A DNA stretch of 64,000 bases from Octopus sinensis (lineage: Eukaryota): positions 66,216,001 through 66,280,000 of the forward strand of contig NC_043006.1 of the NCBI RefSeq assembly GCF_006345805.1, in the 5' to 3' direction. The notes under the pieces were generated by a model. It searched no databases. It was given only the letters and a program-made list of their open reading frames with translations, and was not told the DNA's origin. Position numbers and translations under genes: made by a program. Shown here piece after piece: positions 41,501-56,115 of the stretch (the first letter of the stretch is position 1; the number at the start of each line of letters is the position of its first letter).

Positions 41501-41866
41501 TTGTGCGTGTGTGTGTGTGTGTGTGTCTGTGGTGTGTGTGTGTGTGTATCCTATTATAAATTTGCGTGATGCTTCTCTGTTCCTTACGATTTTACGTTCG
41601 TTAACTCCTCCCAGACCGTTGGTGCAAGGACAACGAAACTCAAACCAGCAACTCCCCTAATCCCAGGGAATATCCTAAGGGGTGGGCTGTTTTTTTTAAA
41701 GCGACACCTAATTGGGGCCCCACTGCGTGGCACCGTGGGCATGTGTCTTCTCTTCTACTATAGCCTCGGGTCGATCAAAGCCTTGTGAGTGGATTTGGTA
41801 GATGGAAACTGAAAGAAGCCCGTCGTATATATCTATATCTATATATATATATATATGTATGCATGC

Positions 41867-41899
<33 letters not shown>

Positions 41900-42727
41900 T
41901 GTATGTATGTATGTATGTATGTATGTATGCATGCATGCATGTATGTATGTATGTATGTATTTGTTTGTTTGTGTTTGTCTCCACACCATCGCATGTCAAC
42001 CGATGTTGGTGTGTTTACGTGCCCGAAACTTAGCGACTCGGCAAAAGGAGCCGAGAGAATAAGTACCAGGCTTACAGAGAATAAGCCCTGGGGACGATTT
42101 GTTCGACTAAAAGGCGGCGCTCCGGCATGGTCGCAGTCAAAAGACTGAAAGAAGAAGAATAAAAGAAAAAGGAATACACATACACGCGCACACACACATA
42201 CGCACGCAGTCATACACACATACACACACATACATACACACATACACACAATTATACACACACATATTTGTGCAGATACGTGTGTAGGTATTATATATGT
42301 ATCTTATATAATCGAAATGAGCGTAAGTTTATTATTATTCAATAATGATAACACATTTTTTTATATCTAAGATTCATTCGTTTTACATCTGCAACCAGGT
42401 CGTTGCTAGTCAGCTGCATAATTGTATAAATTCTGTTAATGTTTAAACACAATAATGTTATATAGACCCCATTAAAGTATAGACATATTCATATTTATAT
42501 AGGTCTATTACTCTATCGATAAATACATGTATTTATATAGATTTATCAATATATCAATAAATATTCATTCACTTATTTTTTATACTCTGAATCCTATTAT
42601 AACCGTACCAGAAGCGATTTTATTATAAATGGAGGATAAATGCTCGAATTAATTCTAAATAATATTTTATGAATATTTGTCTATAACTCATGTGACAAAA
42701 CACTACTTTCTCTCTCTTCCTCAATTT

Positions 42728-42760
42728 TTGATGAAAGACAATTATCTGAAACGTCAGAGT
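42728..42760 (+). ncRNA. Degenerate Penelope-type hammerhead candidate
   Basis: UUGAUGA-A-AGA-CAAUUA-UCU-GAA-ACGU-C-AGAG; C3 is U and stem I is only ~3 bp. Confidence 0.35.
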
Positions 42761-43309
42761 ATTTGTTCTTTACTTTAACCCACTTTGCAGAATTCTCTGC
42801 TATGAACGGATTGTTGTCGACTTTACGAATCATCGCTTGTTTCCTCGAATTTCGCAGTTTTTTTTTTTATCTTAGAAATGCTTTTAGTTTTGTTCAAAAA
42901 TTCTCATTGAACGATGGTAGATTTCTTCTTATACCTGTTACTGGTATTGGACTGCAGCCATACTGGGGCACAAACTTGAAGGGTTTAGTCGAGCAAATAT
43001 ACGTATATATAGATATGCATACACCTGTATGTGTGTGTATGTATGTATGTATGTATACATGTAGATATGTATGAATGTATGTATTTAGGTAGGTAGGCAG
43101 GTAGGTATGCATGCATGCATGCATGCATGTATGTATGTATGTATGTATGTATGTATGTATGTATGTATGTATGTATGTATGTTTGTATGCGTGCATATAT
43201 GTGTTATCTTTTGCTGATTGAGATTTACTTTCCGGTTTTAATACAACAGTTTTTGCAGAATCATTTTCCATTCATATTTTTTTTTTCAAAATGTTTTGCA
43301 GATGTGTAT

Positions 43310-43710
43310 TGTTCCAGAAATGGCAGCTATCTTTGTGTAGGAATCACAGAAGGACGTTCTTTCTCCAGAAATATAAACTCTGTATTTCACCGTCCTGTAC
43401 GAAGATGATTTCAAAAGCGAATATTCTAACCATCATCTCTCTTTCAGGCACATACACAAAAAGAATCGCCTGACACTTTCACGCTACGTCAGGAAGCTGA
43501 AGGACATCGCTATACCACACGCCGTTAAGTGGAGCATTGCTGAAAAACCATGGCTATACATCAAAAGATGAAAGAAATGCAGACTTTATATAGCTGAAAG
43601 AGCACTCATCCTCATTAAGTCGGACAATGACACCGATTATCTACACTCGAGGTCAGATATATTTACAAGATGTATGCATCTAGTAAAACTTATGTTGTCA
43701 GACCTAACCT
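43310..43710 (+). pseudogene. Penelope-like element GIY-YIG endonuclease C-terminal remnant
   Basis: LCVGITEG, then FKSEYSNHHLSFRH..KNRLTLSRYVRKLKD..VKWSIAEK..*KKCRLYIAERALIL..LHSRSDIFTRCMH, matching the recalled PLE C-terminal pattern. Confidence 0.8.
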
Positions 43711-45375
43711 CCTGGTCAGGGTAGACAAACAGTAACCTTTCTCAGCTAACCATGATTCTAACATTCACCCGATACTACATCTATACAGTGAGGACTTACA
43801 AGTTCAATAGTCACACATACATTCTCAAAGATAAAACATATTATTTCACTCAACATCAACAGAATTCTTCCTGTATTTGTAGACATTTTCTCATAAACTC
43901 AACCCTCATGTCTTCATTAAAGGAATATAAACTAGCTTCCAGGGAAAGAATTGTCTCCTTCTCGTATTTTTACGTTCTCCCTATATATTGTTACTGAACT
44001 TGAATAATTGTTGCATCTTACACGATACACCGTTATAAGCGCGACCGAATATTGTACTTTTCGAGTATAAAACTCGAAGAGGTTCACCCACAGCTTCTAT
44101 GTGTGCCTGGTCGTACATAGACACACACACATGCATGCATGCACACGCACGCAGATACATACATACATACATACATACATACATACATACATCATACATA
44201 CATACATACATATATACATACATACATACATACATACATACATACATACATACAGGTGCTTTTGTTCTGTATATGTTGACATTGCATAAGGAAGTGTTCT
44301 GAAAACCGTTGTAGATTTGCATTCAAATGCATCATGAGAACCCACTGTAGATGCAGATGAAGCAAAAAGTCACAATAGAGAAACACACACACGCATATCA
44401 AATGCATAATATGCATATGGATCTCCATCGGTTGCGACGATTTGTATTCAGTTGTCCAAGCTGTCATATACCCTTTGGAGAATGTTGTAGAGGTCTCCGT
44501 TGATGGGTTCAGTGCAGGATAAGCTTTCAGTGTTTGGGTCGGGTTGCATGTGAATGACACTTGGCTGCAGAGAGTTAAGGGAAGAATGATTACCAAGATC
44601 ATCTTCATAGAAGTGGGTGTTATTGGGGTTGATGATGGCAAACAGGATGATGAATTTGAGGAAGTGTGTACAGAGCCAAACGCGGACCTGTCTTCCAATA
44701 GAAGATACGAAGTACGAATTCGAAGGCGAAGAGAACACGTCCGTCCGTCCGTCCGTCCGTGTGTGTGTGTGCGGGCGTGTGTGTGTTAGTGTGTGTGAAT
44801 CTGTGTATGTGTGTTCAGTGTGTGTATGCATGTGTAAGTGCATGTGTTCGTGCATGAGCGTGTATACGGCTCTGTGTGTAAAGGATGGCTGTGTATGTGT
44901 GTGTACATGTATATGTGTATCCTGTGCGTGAATGAGATGCATGTGTATGCAAGCTGCGTGTGTGTGTAGGATATCTCTCTGTATGTGTACGCCCGCATGT
45001 GTGTGTATGTGTGCGTGCGCACACACGCATTTGTGTGTGTATAAAAGTGGTATATAGATACATACATACATACATATATGTGTGTGTACGTGTGTGTGTA
45101 TGGTGTGTATTTGTGTATATATGAATACATGGATACATCTCTGCTTTACATATTTGTGTATGTATTTGTGTGCATATGACACCTATGTATTCAATGCATT
45201 ATATATGTATGCGTGTGAGTGTGTGTATGTGTGCGAGCGTGTGCGCGTGTGTGGTGTCACACAGACCGGCCTCTGTAGACTAAGTGAAATGGTGTCAACC
45301 GAGGGAAGGAAATTGGTTGGAGGTTGTTATCAGAAAGGTCATCAGAGTAATGATGACATCACACACACACACACA

Positions 45376-45406
<31 letters not shown>

Positions 45407-46257
45407 CACTGAGATAACAACCTGTACTGGTGGTGGTAGATGGCGCTAGCGATAGAGATATCGCTGCTGTTTATGGTATTGGTGATAGTGGTGTTGGTGG
45501 TGCTGGTGGTGGTAGTGGCGGTGTTAGTAAATGGAACTGGTTATCGCTGCTGTGTATAATATTGCTTCATGGTGCTTGTAGTAATGGTAGCAGTTGCAGA
45601 GGTGGTGGGGGAGACAATGGTAGTATGATAATGGTGGTGGTGGTGGTGGTGCAGGGGTGGGGTGGGGTTATGGTGTTCCTGGTTCTGCTGTTCCTTGTTA
45701 TGCTGGTGATGATGATGATGATGGTTGATGTGTTTGGTGGTTGAGATACTCTATGGGCGACAGCTACGTTACAAGCGCAGAGGTGAGTGGAACTTTTGTA
45801 GGGGGCTGGGGGAAACAATGGGAGAGGTTGTGGAGGAATAAGGGTGAAGAGGAGATGAAAATGTAGGGATGATGATGATGATGATGATGGTGGTGGTGAT
45901 GATGATGATACCATGCTATAAATATCCTGTTTCCATCCCACAAAAGACAACTGGAACAGCTTTAAAATCGCAGAAAAATCTTTAGTTAAATCGATGAAGA
46001 AGGCTAACATTGGTTTCATGCTGAGAAATATCTCTACAATTATTGAAGCCAATCACATAGAAAAATTGGTATTCCTCTACATTTTGGACACACACACACA
46101 CACACACACATAAAGCATTGAATTAAATACATGGATACCTACGAATCATGTGCACACAAATACATACACAGATATGTAAAGCAGAGATGTATACATGTAT
46201 TCGTATATACACAAATACACATCATGTATACACTCACACATATATATACATACGTAC

Positions 46258-46317
<60 letters not shown>

Positions 46318-46707
46318 CACACACAGACGCGTGTGCGCACACACACACACATATACATACATCCTATACACATACATTTACAGCCGTATACACGCTCATG
46401 CACGCATGCACGTACACATGTACTTACACACACACGCACACAACACATACACATACACAAATCCCCCCCCCCGCACATACACACACACATACAGTAATCC
46501 TTCGACTATCGTGGGTGTTCGGTTCCAAAATCTACCGCAGAAATAATTAAAATCTAAAAAAATATATATACCTATTGTCCGCAGAAACCTACGATGTACA
46601 AAGGAGTCCGCGATAGGTGAACCACGATATGGCACGGGATTACTGTATATATATGTATAAATATATATATATATATTATATAATATATTATATATATATA
46701 TATATAT

Positions 46708-47040
46708 AAACTTAGATAAACTTAGATATGTTTCGACCAAAGATTGGTCCAGGCCATGTTTAACTTAATAGCACCACCTGATAGGATTATTCGAATCCTG
46801 TTTAAGTCAAGTTTGTTTAAGTCAAGTTTTGTTCAAGTAGTGAGTTCTTGTGGGTGAGTTGTATCCAGTTTTGTTCAAGTAGTGAGTTCTTGTTGGGTGA
46901 GTTGTATCCAATTATGGGTGGCTTATCTGGTATTCTTTGGAGGAATCTATCCAGACTCTGTTTAAAGTTGATGGGATCCTTTTCCTCTTTGATCTCCCTC
47001 GGGACAATGTTAAATAGGACAGGGCCTGTTGAGGAAAAGA
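46708..47040 (-). mobile_element. CR1-group LINE 3' fragment (same family as 52150-52931)
   Basis: FFSSTGPVLFNIVP..FKQSLDRFLQRIPDKP; ends GGACCAATCTTTGGTCGAAAC-(ATCTAAGTTT)2-(TA)n. Confidence 0.88.
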
Positions 47041-47306
47041 AATTATGTATATATATATATCGTGGCACTCCGTCGGTTACGACGACGTGGGTTCCAGTTG
47101 ATTCGATCAACGGAACAGCCTGCTCGTGAAATTAACGTGCAAGTGGCTGAGCACCCCACAGACACGTCTACCCTATAATATGCATAGAATAATATGCTAT
47201 ATGCATGTATGCTATTATAATAATCATTTAATAAATAAACAATTAACATTTTTAATGTCCTAAAGTTGATGATCCAACTATTGCGCTTCTCCATTTTCTT
47301 ATTGGC

Positions 47307-47369
<63 letters not shown>

Positions 47370-47680
47370 TATATATATAGATATATAATATTATATATTT
47401 AAAAAAAGGAGATGTGGAACACGAGTTGTGATATATAAAAAAGGAAATGAAGAAAATGCTGACAAAATAATTTAAGTAATTAAGTAATTTAATTAGGTGA
47501 AAGTTCTTTTTACCGGTTGCGCATTTGTTATGCTTATCAAAAGATTAGAGTTCCTTCTGATAGATTTTTTCCTCTTATCTGACTTTATGTTGGGTTTGCT
47601 GTCTCTTATGTATTTTTGAAGTATAGTAGTATTTATGTATTTGTGTATATATATAAATATCTTTATACATTCATGCATAC

Positions 47681-47712
<32 letters not shown>

Positions 47713-48025
47713 ATGCATACGTACACATGCTCACACGCAGACACACACACACACACATACACGCACACGCATACACACATGCACATACACACATGCACAT
47801 ACACACATATTGTTTGTTTTAGGATTGGTTAGAATCTTGGCACATCAACAAGTAGGGCGCCAGAAATGGCTAGGTACAATAACATAGAGTTCAGAGTGAG
47901 GTAAAATAAATATGAGGATATTGAATGTTCGTAGGATATTGTAGATATGTAAGTCATAAATCCAATTTAAACCGTAGACCCGATTCAGGGGTTGGCTGTT
48001 GGTGTGGCGTAATCAGGAAAAACAG

Positions 48026-48080
<55 letters not shown>

Positions 48081-48715
48081 ATACGGTATTTACGAATTTG
48101 TGTATATATAAATGTCTTGAAACTCCTGTTTAACGGTTTGCGAATAACGAGTACATCGAGAAACAGAAGCGGAGCGATAGATTGACTAACAAAGAGAAAG
48201 AGAAAAAAAGAGAAAAGAAAAAAGAGTAAAATAGAAAAAGGCGGAGGAAGTAGTAGGAGATAAAAAGAACAGAGAACTAGCAAGAAGAGCAGCAGCAGCA
48301 ACAGTAGCAGTAAGAACAGCAGCAACAACAGCAGCAGCATCAGCAGCAGTAGTAAAACTTTTCAGAACTGAGATTTTTCGGCAATGGAGAATTTTGTTGG
48401 AAGAAAGAGCGAAGTGGGAGAATGTGATCAATGTCGGATGATATTAAACACAGGAAGTAGAGAAACTTCCGGTAGCGGAGTAAAGGGATGGGTGGGAGGT
48501 ATATGGATTGAAGCAATTTAAGGGTTTTCAAAGGGTTTGTTTAACAAGCCAGCCCCTTACTTCTCCAGCACACTCCCTTCCCCCCCTCGTCTTTCTCAAT
48601 CACCGAAATTCTCGAAAGCTTCAAGCAATACGGACGACATTTCTCTCATCTCTCTCACACTTTCTCCCACTATTCTCTCTCTCTCTCAAACTTTCTCTCT
48701 TAAGTTTTCCTCTGC

Positions 48716-48746
<31 letters not shown>

Positions 48747-48764
48747 TAATATACACACACACAC

Positions 48765-48858
<94 letters not shown>

Positions 48859-49696
48859 CTTGCGTACGCCTGTGTATCTGTACATGTGTGTATCCGTACA
48901 CACGTATACACACATACACAGATATATGTACGTAAGAACGTGCGTACAGATATATATATATATATATACAAGCAAGACCTGTTCTCGTTTTCTGTCCTCT
49001 ATTAGAGTGTGTAAAAGTTTTTATATACATACATACATAACATAATGCCCACACACACATATACACATGCATACATACATAACATACATACATACATATA
49101 TATACATACACACATATACACACATACATACATACATACACATATACACACACATAATACATACATACATACCATACATACATGCATACATACATACGCG
49201 CATACATACATACATACACACATACATATACACATACATACATGCATACATACATACACACATATACATAAAATACATACATAACATACATACACATATA
49301 CATACATGCATGCATACACATACACATGCTTAAATACAAACATACATACCATACATACGTGCATACATAGACACACATATACACATACATACACGCATAC
49401 ATAGATACACACACGCATACATACATACGACACTACATACACACATAAATACATACATATATACATACAGACATACATATATTGTTTTCTTCCATCCTTC
49501 TCACTTTTGTATAAATTATATATTTGCCTAACTCACCTTAAAGAATACGTCTAACCAATATAATTTCTCTTGAATTATTATATGAGAATATTTATTCGGT
49601 AAAAACGTATCGTTACATTTTTATTTTTCATACAAATAAAACATAATAAAATTAATCTCCACTGATGTTAAAAAAGTTAACTTTTTGTAATTACAC

Positions 49697-49746
<50 letters not shown>

Positions 49747-49997
49747 TCAAAGAAATTTTTAGTGCAATATGTGTTTTGCTTATTCGCCGTATATGCTGCA
49801 GCATAGCGCTCAAGGAAAACACCCTAATAACGCTCTTTGTTTAAATACCTGCAAGTTATAGACCAAGCGAGTTGTCCCACTTCGGATTCGAACCAACTGT
49901 GGTGAATACCGATATTTCACCATCATTATGGCTCATCAACACCACGTAGTTTGGATCGAACCGAAGACGAACAGAATGCCAGGTCTATGAATATATA

Positions 49998-50374
49998 CAC
50001 TTGCGTCAGAAATTAATTAGCACTTCTCAAATTTCTACATTAAATAGGTTAAATCAATTAACCTATGAGCTGTTCAAAACGTCTTACGCGATGAGAAAAC
50101 TTAGTATGGTGTGATTTCGGTCCTTGCGAGGCGCTACCTATATCTATTAAACAAAGGAAGATTTGTCTGCATCCGCACTCCAAGTTGTTGCACTGCTATG
50201 TCAACATCATAAGGCTGTAGACTCTCAAACTGCTCTGCAAACAAAGTTACGTCATCGTTCTGCGCAACAGTGAACTCGCAACAAAGCAATAGTTCGAGAT
50301 ATGGCCACTAGGTGACAGCACATACCTTGAGTGAAGAGCAAATCAAGGGTGCTAATTAATTTCTGACGGTAGTG
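49998..50374. mobile_element. Tc1/mariner-type MITE, 377 bp
   Basis: 26-bp TIRs CACT(TG/AC)CGTCAGAAATTAATTAGCAC (24/26 match); TA at 49996-49997 and 50375-50376. Confidence 0.9.
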
Positions 50375-50640
50375 TAGATATAGTGTAGGAAATATTTGGT
50401 GATGTGCTACGGCGATACACATGTGAAAGTAAATTACGTTACAAATTTAAAGCAGCACCAGTGGGTCTTTTGTTTGTTTTTTTATATTTCTGCGGGATGG
50501 AAGGCTTTTGTATGATTCAAAGGAAGATGACTAAAACAAGGTGCTTTCATTTTATTGCTCCAAGCAGGCAGCAGGTCAAATTTTTCTCTAAATACTGGAG
50601 AGAACAGACACACGTATAAACGGTGTATATATATATATAA

Positions 50641-50785
50641 AGGGAAAGTTTACGAAAATAAACAAAAGACGAAGGCAGGTGGAGTACAAACAAACAAATG
50701 TATTAGTATAGCGCTCAGGAATAGAAAAAAGTCTTTTACGTTTCTAGCCTACGCTCTTCGACAGAAAGATACACAGAAAAAATGA
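50641..50785 (-). mobile_element. (TA)n-anchored hammerhead-bearing element (motif 50732-50769, core CUGUCGA, stem II base mismatch)
   Basis: Homology to the family. Confidence 0.8.
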
Positions 50786-51079
50786 ATATATATATATACA
50801 CAAATTTATTGTTAACAAAAGTCGGGATGCATGGCGTCCAATTATTCCATAAATGAAAATGCATTAAATATTAGAAAATGTACATGTAGGACAGACATAA
50901 GGCGATAACTGAGGAAGAATAAGGGTCCTTGTGTCCGTCTTACGTGTATATATGCATGTGTGTGTGGGCAAGTGTATTCTACTATAGCCTCGAGCCGACC
51001 AAATCTTTGTGAGTGGATTTGGTAGACGGAAACTGAAAGAAGCCCGTCGTACACACACACACACACACACACATATATA

Positions 51080-51275
51080 GTTGAAATTTACTAAAAAACA
51101 AAAGACAAAGACAGGTGTATGAACAACAAACAGGTGTATTAGTTTGACGCCTGAGAAGGTGAGAAAGTCATTTATGTTTTGAGCCTACGCTCTTCAACCG
51201 AAAGGATTGAGAGAAAATAAACAAAGAGAAATTTAAAAAAAAAACTTGTGTATTTAGCGATCAAGCATGCCGATT
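51080..51275 (-). mobile_element. (TA)n-anchored hammerhead-bearing element, degenerate motif 51168-51205
   Basis: Homology to the family. Confidence 0.78.
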
Positions 51276-51284
51276 GATGTGGGT

Positions 51285-51465
51285 TGTGGGTATGCTTACC
51301 AATACCAACCACATGGCTCTGGGTTCAATCCCGATGGGTTCAGTCCCGATGGGTTCAGTCCCACTGGGTTCAGTCCCACTTGGGCAAGTGTCATCTACTC
51401 TAACCTCGGGCCGGCCAAAGACTTGTGAGTGGATTTGGTAGACGCAAACTGAAAGAAGCCCGTCG

Positions 51466-51528
<63 letters not shown>

Positions 51529-51740
51529 ATGTGTGTTTGTGTGTCTGTGTTTGTCCCCGCACCATCGCTTGACAATCGATACTGGTGCGCTTATGTCCCC
51601 ATAACTTAGCGGTTCGACAAAAGCGACCGATAGAATAAGTACCAGGCTTACAAAGAATGAGACCTGGAGTCGATTTGTCCGACTAAAAGTCGGTGCTCCA
51701 GCATGGTCGCAGTCAAATGACTGAAACAAATAAAAGCGTA
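51285..51740 (+). mobile_element. SINE family A with a 4x tandem B-box 15-mer
   Basis: GGGTTCA(A/G)TCCC(GA/AC)T repeated at 51321, 51336, 51351 and 51366. Confidence 0.88.
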
Positions 51741-52149
51741 ATAGAGTAAACGAGTATATGTATATATAACTATTTAGACTTTGAGTATACACTTACTAGT
51801 ATGGCGATTAAAGCACTTTCACTGTTTAGGCTACCTGATGTCATCAATAGTTCTGATATGTGTCACTGAATATATACGTACAAACATGCATACATACATA
51901 TATATGTTGTGGTGTCACACCACAAGACCCCTTTGAATGAACAACACATCCCTAGTATCCCAGAAACAGCTGAAAATTCCACACAGTCTTGGCTTTGTTG
52001 TGTCATTTTATTTAACATATAGATGCTCATACAAGATCTGCCTTGGACTCCTCACTCGTATCATTATTGAACCGAGAGTTTGACTATGGTCCTTCCATAG
52101 CACTACCTGCCACCTTGGGTCTTCTGGATACCAGTACCTGTTATCACTC

Positions 52150-52931
52150 AAGCCAAGCAAAAGTCACCAGGGGACTTTCTTGGGCCCGCTACTCTTTACA
52201 ATTTAAATGAACGACCTTTCCAGCGTCGTAAATCACTGCAAAGTGAAAATATTTGCTGATGACACTAAGCTCCAGCAAATCATCAATGAAGAAGAAGACC
52301 GAACTCAACTGCAGTCTGATCTATATGCTGTGAGTCAATGGGCAGACAAAAACAAAATGCAACTGAACGAGGAAAAACAAAACATCTCGAGGATTGAATC
52401 ATCTCAGAGGGCACTCACTAAACGAATTGAAGGCATGACTGATCTCGATTACTGGGACCGCCTTAAATCATTGAAACTATACTCTCTCCAGCTCCACCGA
52501 AAGCTATACATCATTTACACGATGTGGAGATATATACCGCCAGCATTACCCAAATGACCTGAACATTAGTTTCAAGGTTCATTCAAGACTGGGACCACGG
52601 GCCATATGTCCCCTGCCCAATTCAGGATCACAACATATAGGTACACTGCAACACAATTTTTTTTTCCTCAACAGGCCCTGCCCTGTTTAACATTATCCCA
52701 AAACTGATCAAAGAGGAAAAGGATCCCATCATCTATAAACGGAGTCTGGACAGATTTCTTCAAGGAATACCAGACAAGCCACCCATACCTGGATGCAACT
52801 CAACAAGAAATGACTACTTGAATGGACCATAAACAAAACTTGACTTAAAAAGGACTTAGATAATCCTATCAGGTGATGCTATTAAGTTAGACATGGCCAG
52901 GACCAATCATTGGTCGAAACATATCTAAGTT
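52150..52931 (+). mobile_element. CR1-group LINE 3' fragment with RT motifs, internally deleted
   Basis: QGTFLGPLLFTI*MNDL..VKIFADDTKL..LQSDL..LDYWDRLKSLKLYSLQ; 3' GACCAATCATTGGTCGAAAC stem-loop, then (TA)n. Confidence 0.9.
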
Positions 52932-53386
52932 ATATATATATATATATATACAAACGGTGGTGCATCAGCATGGTTGCAGCTCTGAGCTGAAATTAGAGAA
53001 AAAAAAAAAATAATAATAATAATTAGGGAAAAAATAAAAAATAAAAATATAAAAAACACCTACGCTCGTTTGTCATTATATATATATATATAATAGTAGT
53101 TAATAGAGAAGTGGATCCAGGTTATATTTTGGGCTGAGATTAGGTTCTGTGGCCACTCAAATTTCACGAGTATCGTCGTTCATATAGAAAAATTTTTTCA
53201 GCTACAAGATATATTTATAACAAAAAAGATATGCGTGGGTGGCCTTTTAAATAGAAAAGATGGGGGAGATAAAAACAAAAATGAGTATGTGTACATCCAT
53301 ACGATCTATGTATGTATGTATGTATGTATGTATGTATGTATGTATGTGTGTATGTATGTATGTATGTATGTATGTATGTATGTATG

Positions 53387-53428
<42 letters not shown>

Positions 53429-53453
53429 ACTATCTATCTATCTATCTATCTAA

Positions 53454-53491
<38 letters not shown>

Positions 53492-53556
53492 GTCTGTCCG
53501 TCTATCTATGTGTGTGTATGTGTGTAGTAGAATAATAAAAAGGAGTTCTTGTTACA

Positions 53557-53588
<32 letters not shown>

Positions 53589-53811
53589 ATGTGTGTGTGT
53601 GTGTGCGCAGGTGAATTCGCCCGTACACAGAATATATATGCATAAATACGCGTATACGCCTGCGGTAAAAACTCTTCATTTCCTGTTAAATGGCAACCAT
53701 TTATTCGGCTGTCTGTCGATATGAAAATGTGTCGTGCATCTACTTAATGAGGCTTCCGACACATTGTTGATTACATATATACACTTACACACACACAAAC
53801 CACCACACTCA

Positions 53812-53897
<86 letters not shown>

Positions 53898-54054
53898 CTA
53901 TGTATGTATGACTGTGAATATATATATGTATGTACGTATGTATGATAATATGTATGGATATGGTTTAATTGCATGCTCACTTATGGACGCGTTTATACAT
54001 ATGCATATTATACACACAGACATGTATATATAAGCATATACACAAATGCAATTA

Positions 54055-54093
<39 letters not shown>

Positions 54094-54115
54094 ATGTGTG
54101 TGTGGTGTGTGTGTG

Positions 54116-54168
<53 letters not shown>

Positions 54169-54443
54169 GCGATATATTATATGGTTTTCCTTAAGCATTG
54201 TCGATTTTTACAATTTGTAAATAGTAATGATAGTATTTCATAAGCTTAAGCTTATAGCGATCACCGTGCGATGACTGAGGAAAATAGTCTAATAATTGGG
54301 CATATAAGCTCTCGACGGAAAAAAGTAGAGCTTCTATGCCCCATCATTAGGCTATTTTGTTTAGTCATCACACGATGATCGTTATAAGCTTTAAGCTTAT
54401 AAAATACTATTATTATTATTTACAGAATATATATATATATACA

Positions 54444-54835
54444 TAGGCGCAGGAGTAGCTGTGTGGTAAGTATCTTGTTTACCAACCACATGGTTCCGGG
54501 TTCAGTCCCATTGTGTGGCACCTTGGGCAAGTGTCTTCTACTATAGCCTCGGGCCGACCAAAGCCTTGTGAGTGGATTTGGTAGACGGAAACTGAAAGAA
54601 GCCCGTCGTATATATGTATATATATGTGCGTGTGTGTGTTTGTCCTCCTAGCATTGCTTGACAACCAATGCTGGTGTGTTTATGTCCCCGTCACTTAGCG
54701 GTTCGGCAAAAGAGACCGATAGAATAAGTACTGGGCTTACAAAGAATAAGTCACGGGGTCGATTTGCTCGACTAAAGGCGGTGCTCCAGCATGGCCGCAG
54801 TCAAATGACTGAAACGAGTAAAAGAGAATAAAAGA
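54444..54835 (+). mobile_element. SINE family A, full length, low divergence
   Basis: Complete head, linker and tail. Confidence 0.93.
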
Positions 54836-55019
54836 GAGAAAAAAGAGAATATACATGCAAACATTATTATTTCTTAATCTCTCACAGAGAGACATTCAGT
54901 AAGAGTTCTTTAAAGTAAAGTATATTTGCCAACACTGTCCTAGAAGGAACGATTGTTAATGTTGTTTAGCCGTAGGAGACATCGTTTTCAGCTGGGTATA
55001 CGACACAATATCTGTGTAT

Positions 55020-55188
55020 TTATATTTTCGAATAGAGAGTCCAGCACCCCCATCCAGAACAAAGTAACATTTCTGGACCTGTTTGTGGGTTAATGTCCTT
55101 TATCAACAGAGTAGCTGCTTGGCTTGGTGGCGTTACTGAATTTCCGTTCGAAAATATACAGTTTTCAAAGTGACACACAGTTACTGAT
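55020..55188 (-). CDS. Candidate host exon (SVTVCHFENCIFSNGNSVTPPSQAATLLIKDINPQTGPEMLLCSGWGCWTLYSKI*)
   Basis: Acceptor-like CTTTCTATTTATTAG followed by 55 open codons of complex sequence; no homology recognised. Confidence 0.25.
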
Positions 55189-55378
55189 CTAATAAATAGA
55201 AAGATTATATATATATACACATATACATGCACGCATACACACATATATACATAGATACACACATACATATATATGTACATAAATATATGCATATATACAC
55301 ATATACATATATGCATGTGTATGTGTATATTTATATTATATAACATACACATATATATATATAAGCATGTATACATAT

Positions 55379-55424
<46 letters not shown>

Positions 55425-55776
55425 TTATATAAACATGCATATATACGTACAGGTACAGGCCACATCCGCATTTAAACACACATAAACGTATGCATATACA
55501 AAATATATGCGCGCACATGTTCTCACTCAAACCGAAATATCACAATGGTATTTACAAATATACATATGTCCATACATCCAGGCAATGTGGAAACTAAATA
55601 AACATTAAAAAATGAAAACGAAAATATTACAACGAAAAATATATAATATATTATACATTTAATACAGTACATGCTTTATGTAAAAGAAATTATATATATA
55701 TTCATGGCGCATAAATTATACATACACATACATCCGTACATACATAATATAAATACATACTACATACTATATATAT

Positions 55777-55856
<80 letters not shown>

Positions 55857-56037
55857 TCCCAGATGAACCTACCTCACGGCAAGAGGTGCAATGTGAGTAG
55901 CTATGTCAAACTCCATTCTTCACCAAGTGCCACATATTGAGGAGGTTCTTCGTAATAACAGTGTAGCACAAAAACGCCGGTGCATCAGTATGGCCGCAGC
56001 ACTGACCTGAAACAAGCAAAAGAAAAAAAAAAGAAGA

Positions 56038-56071
<34 letters not shown>

Positions 56072-56072
56072 G

Positions 56073-56115
<43 letters not shown>

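Noticed and set aside
45920-46060. AFFIDLTKDF, an RT-like motif on minus
   Set aside because: Single motif without flanking RT context.
47500-47640. TTILQKYIRDSKPNI as a second GIY-YIG remnant
   Set aside because: Similarity too weak to support.
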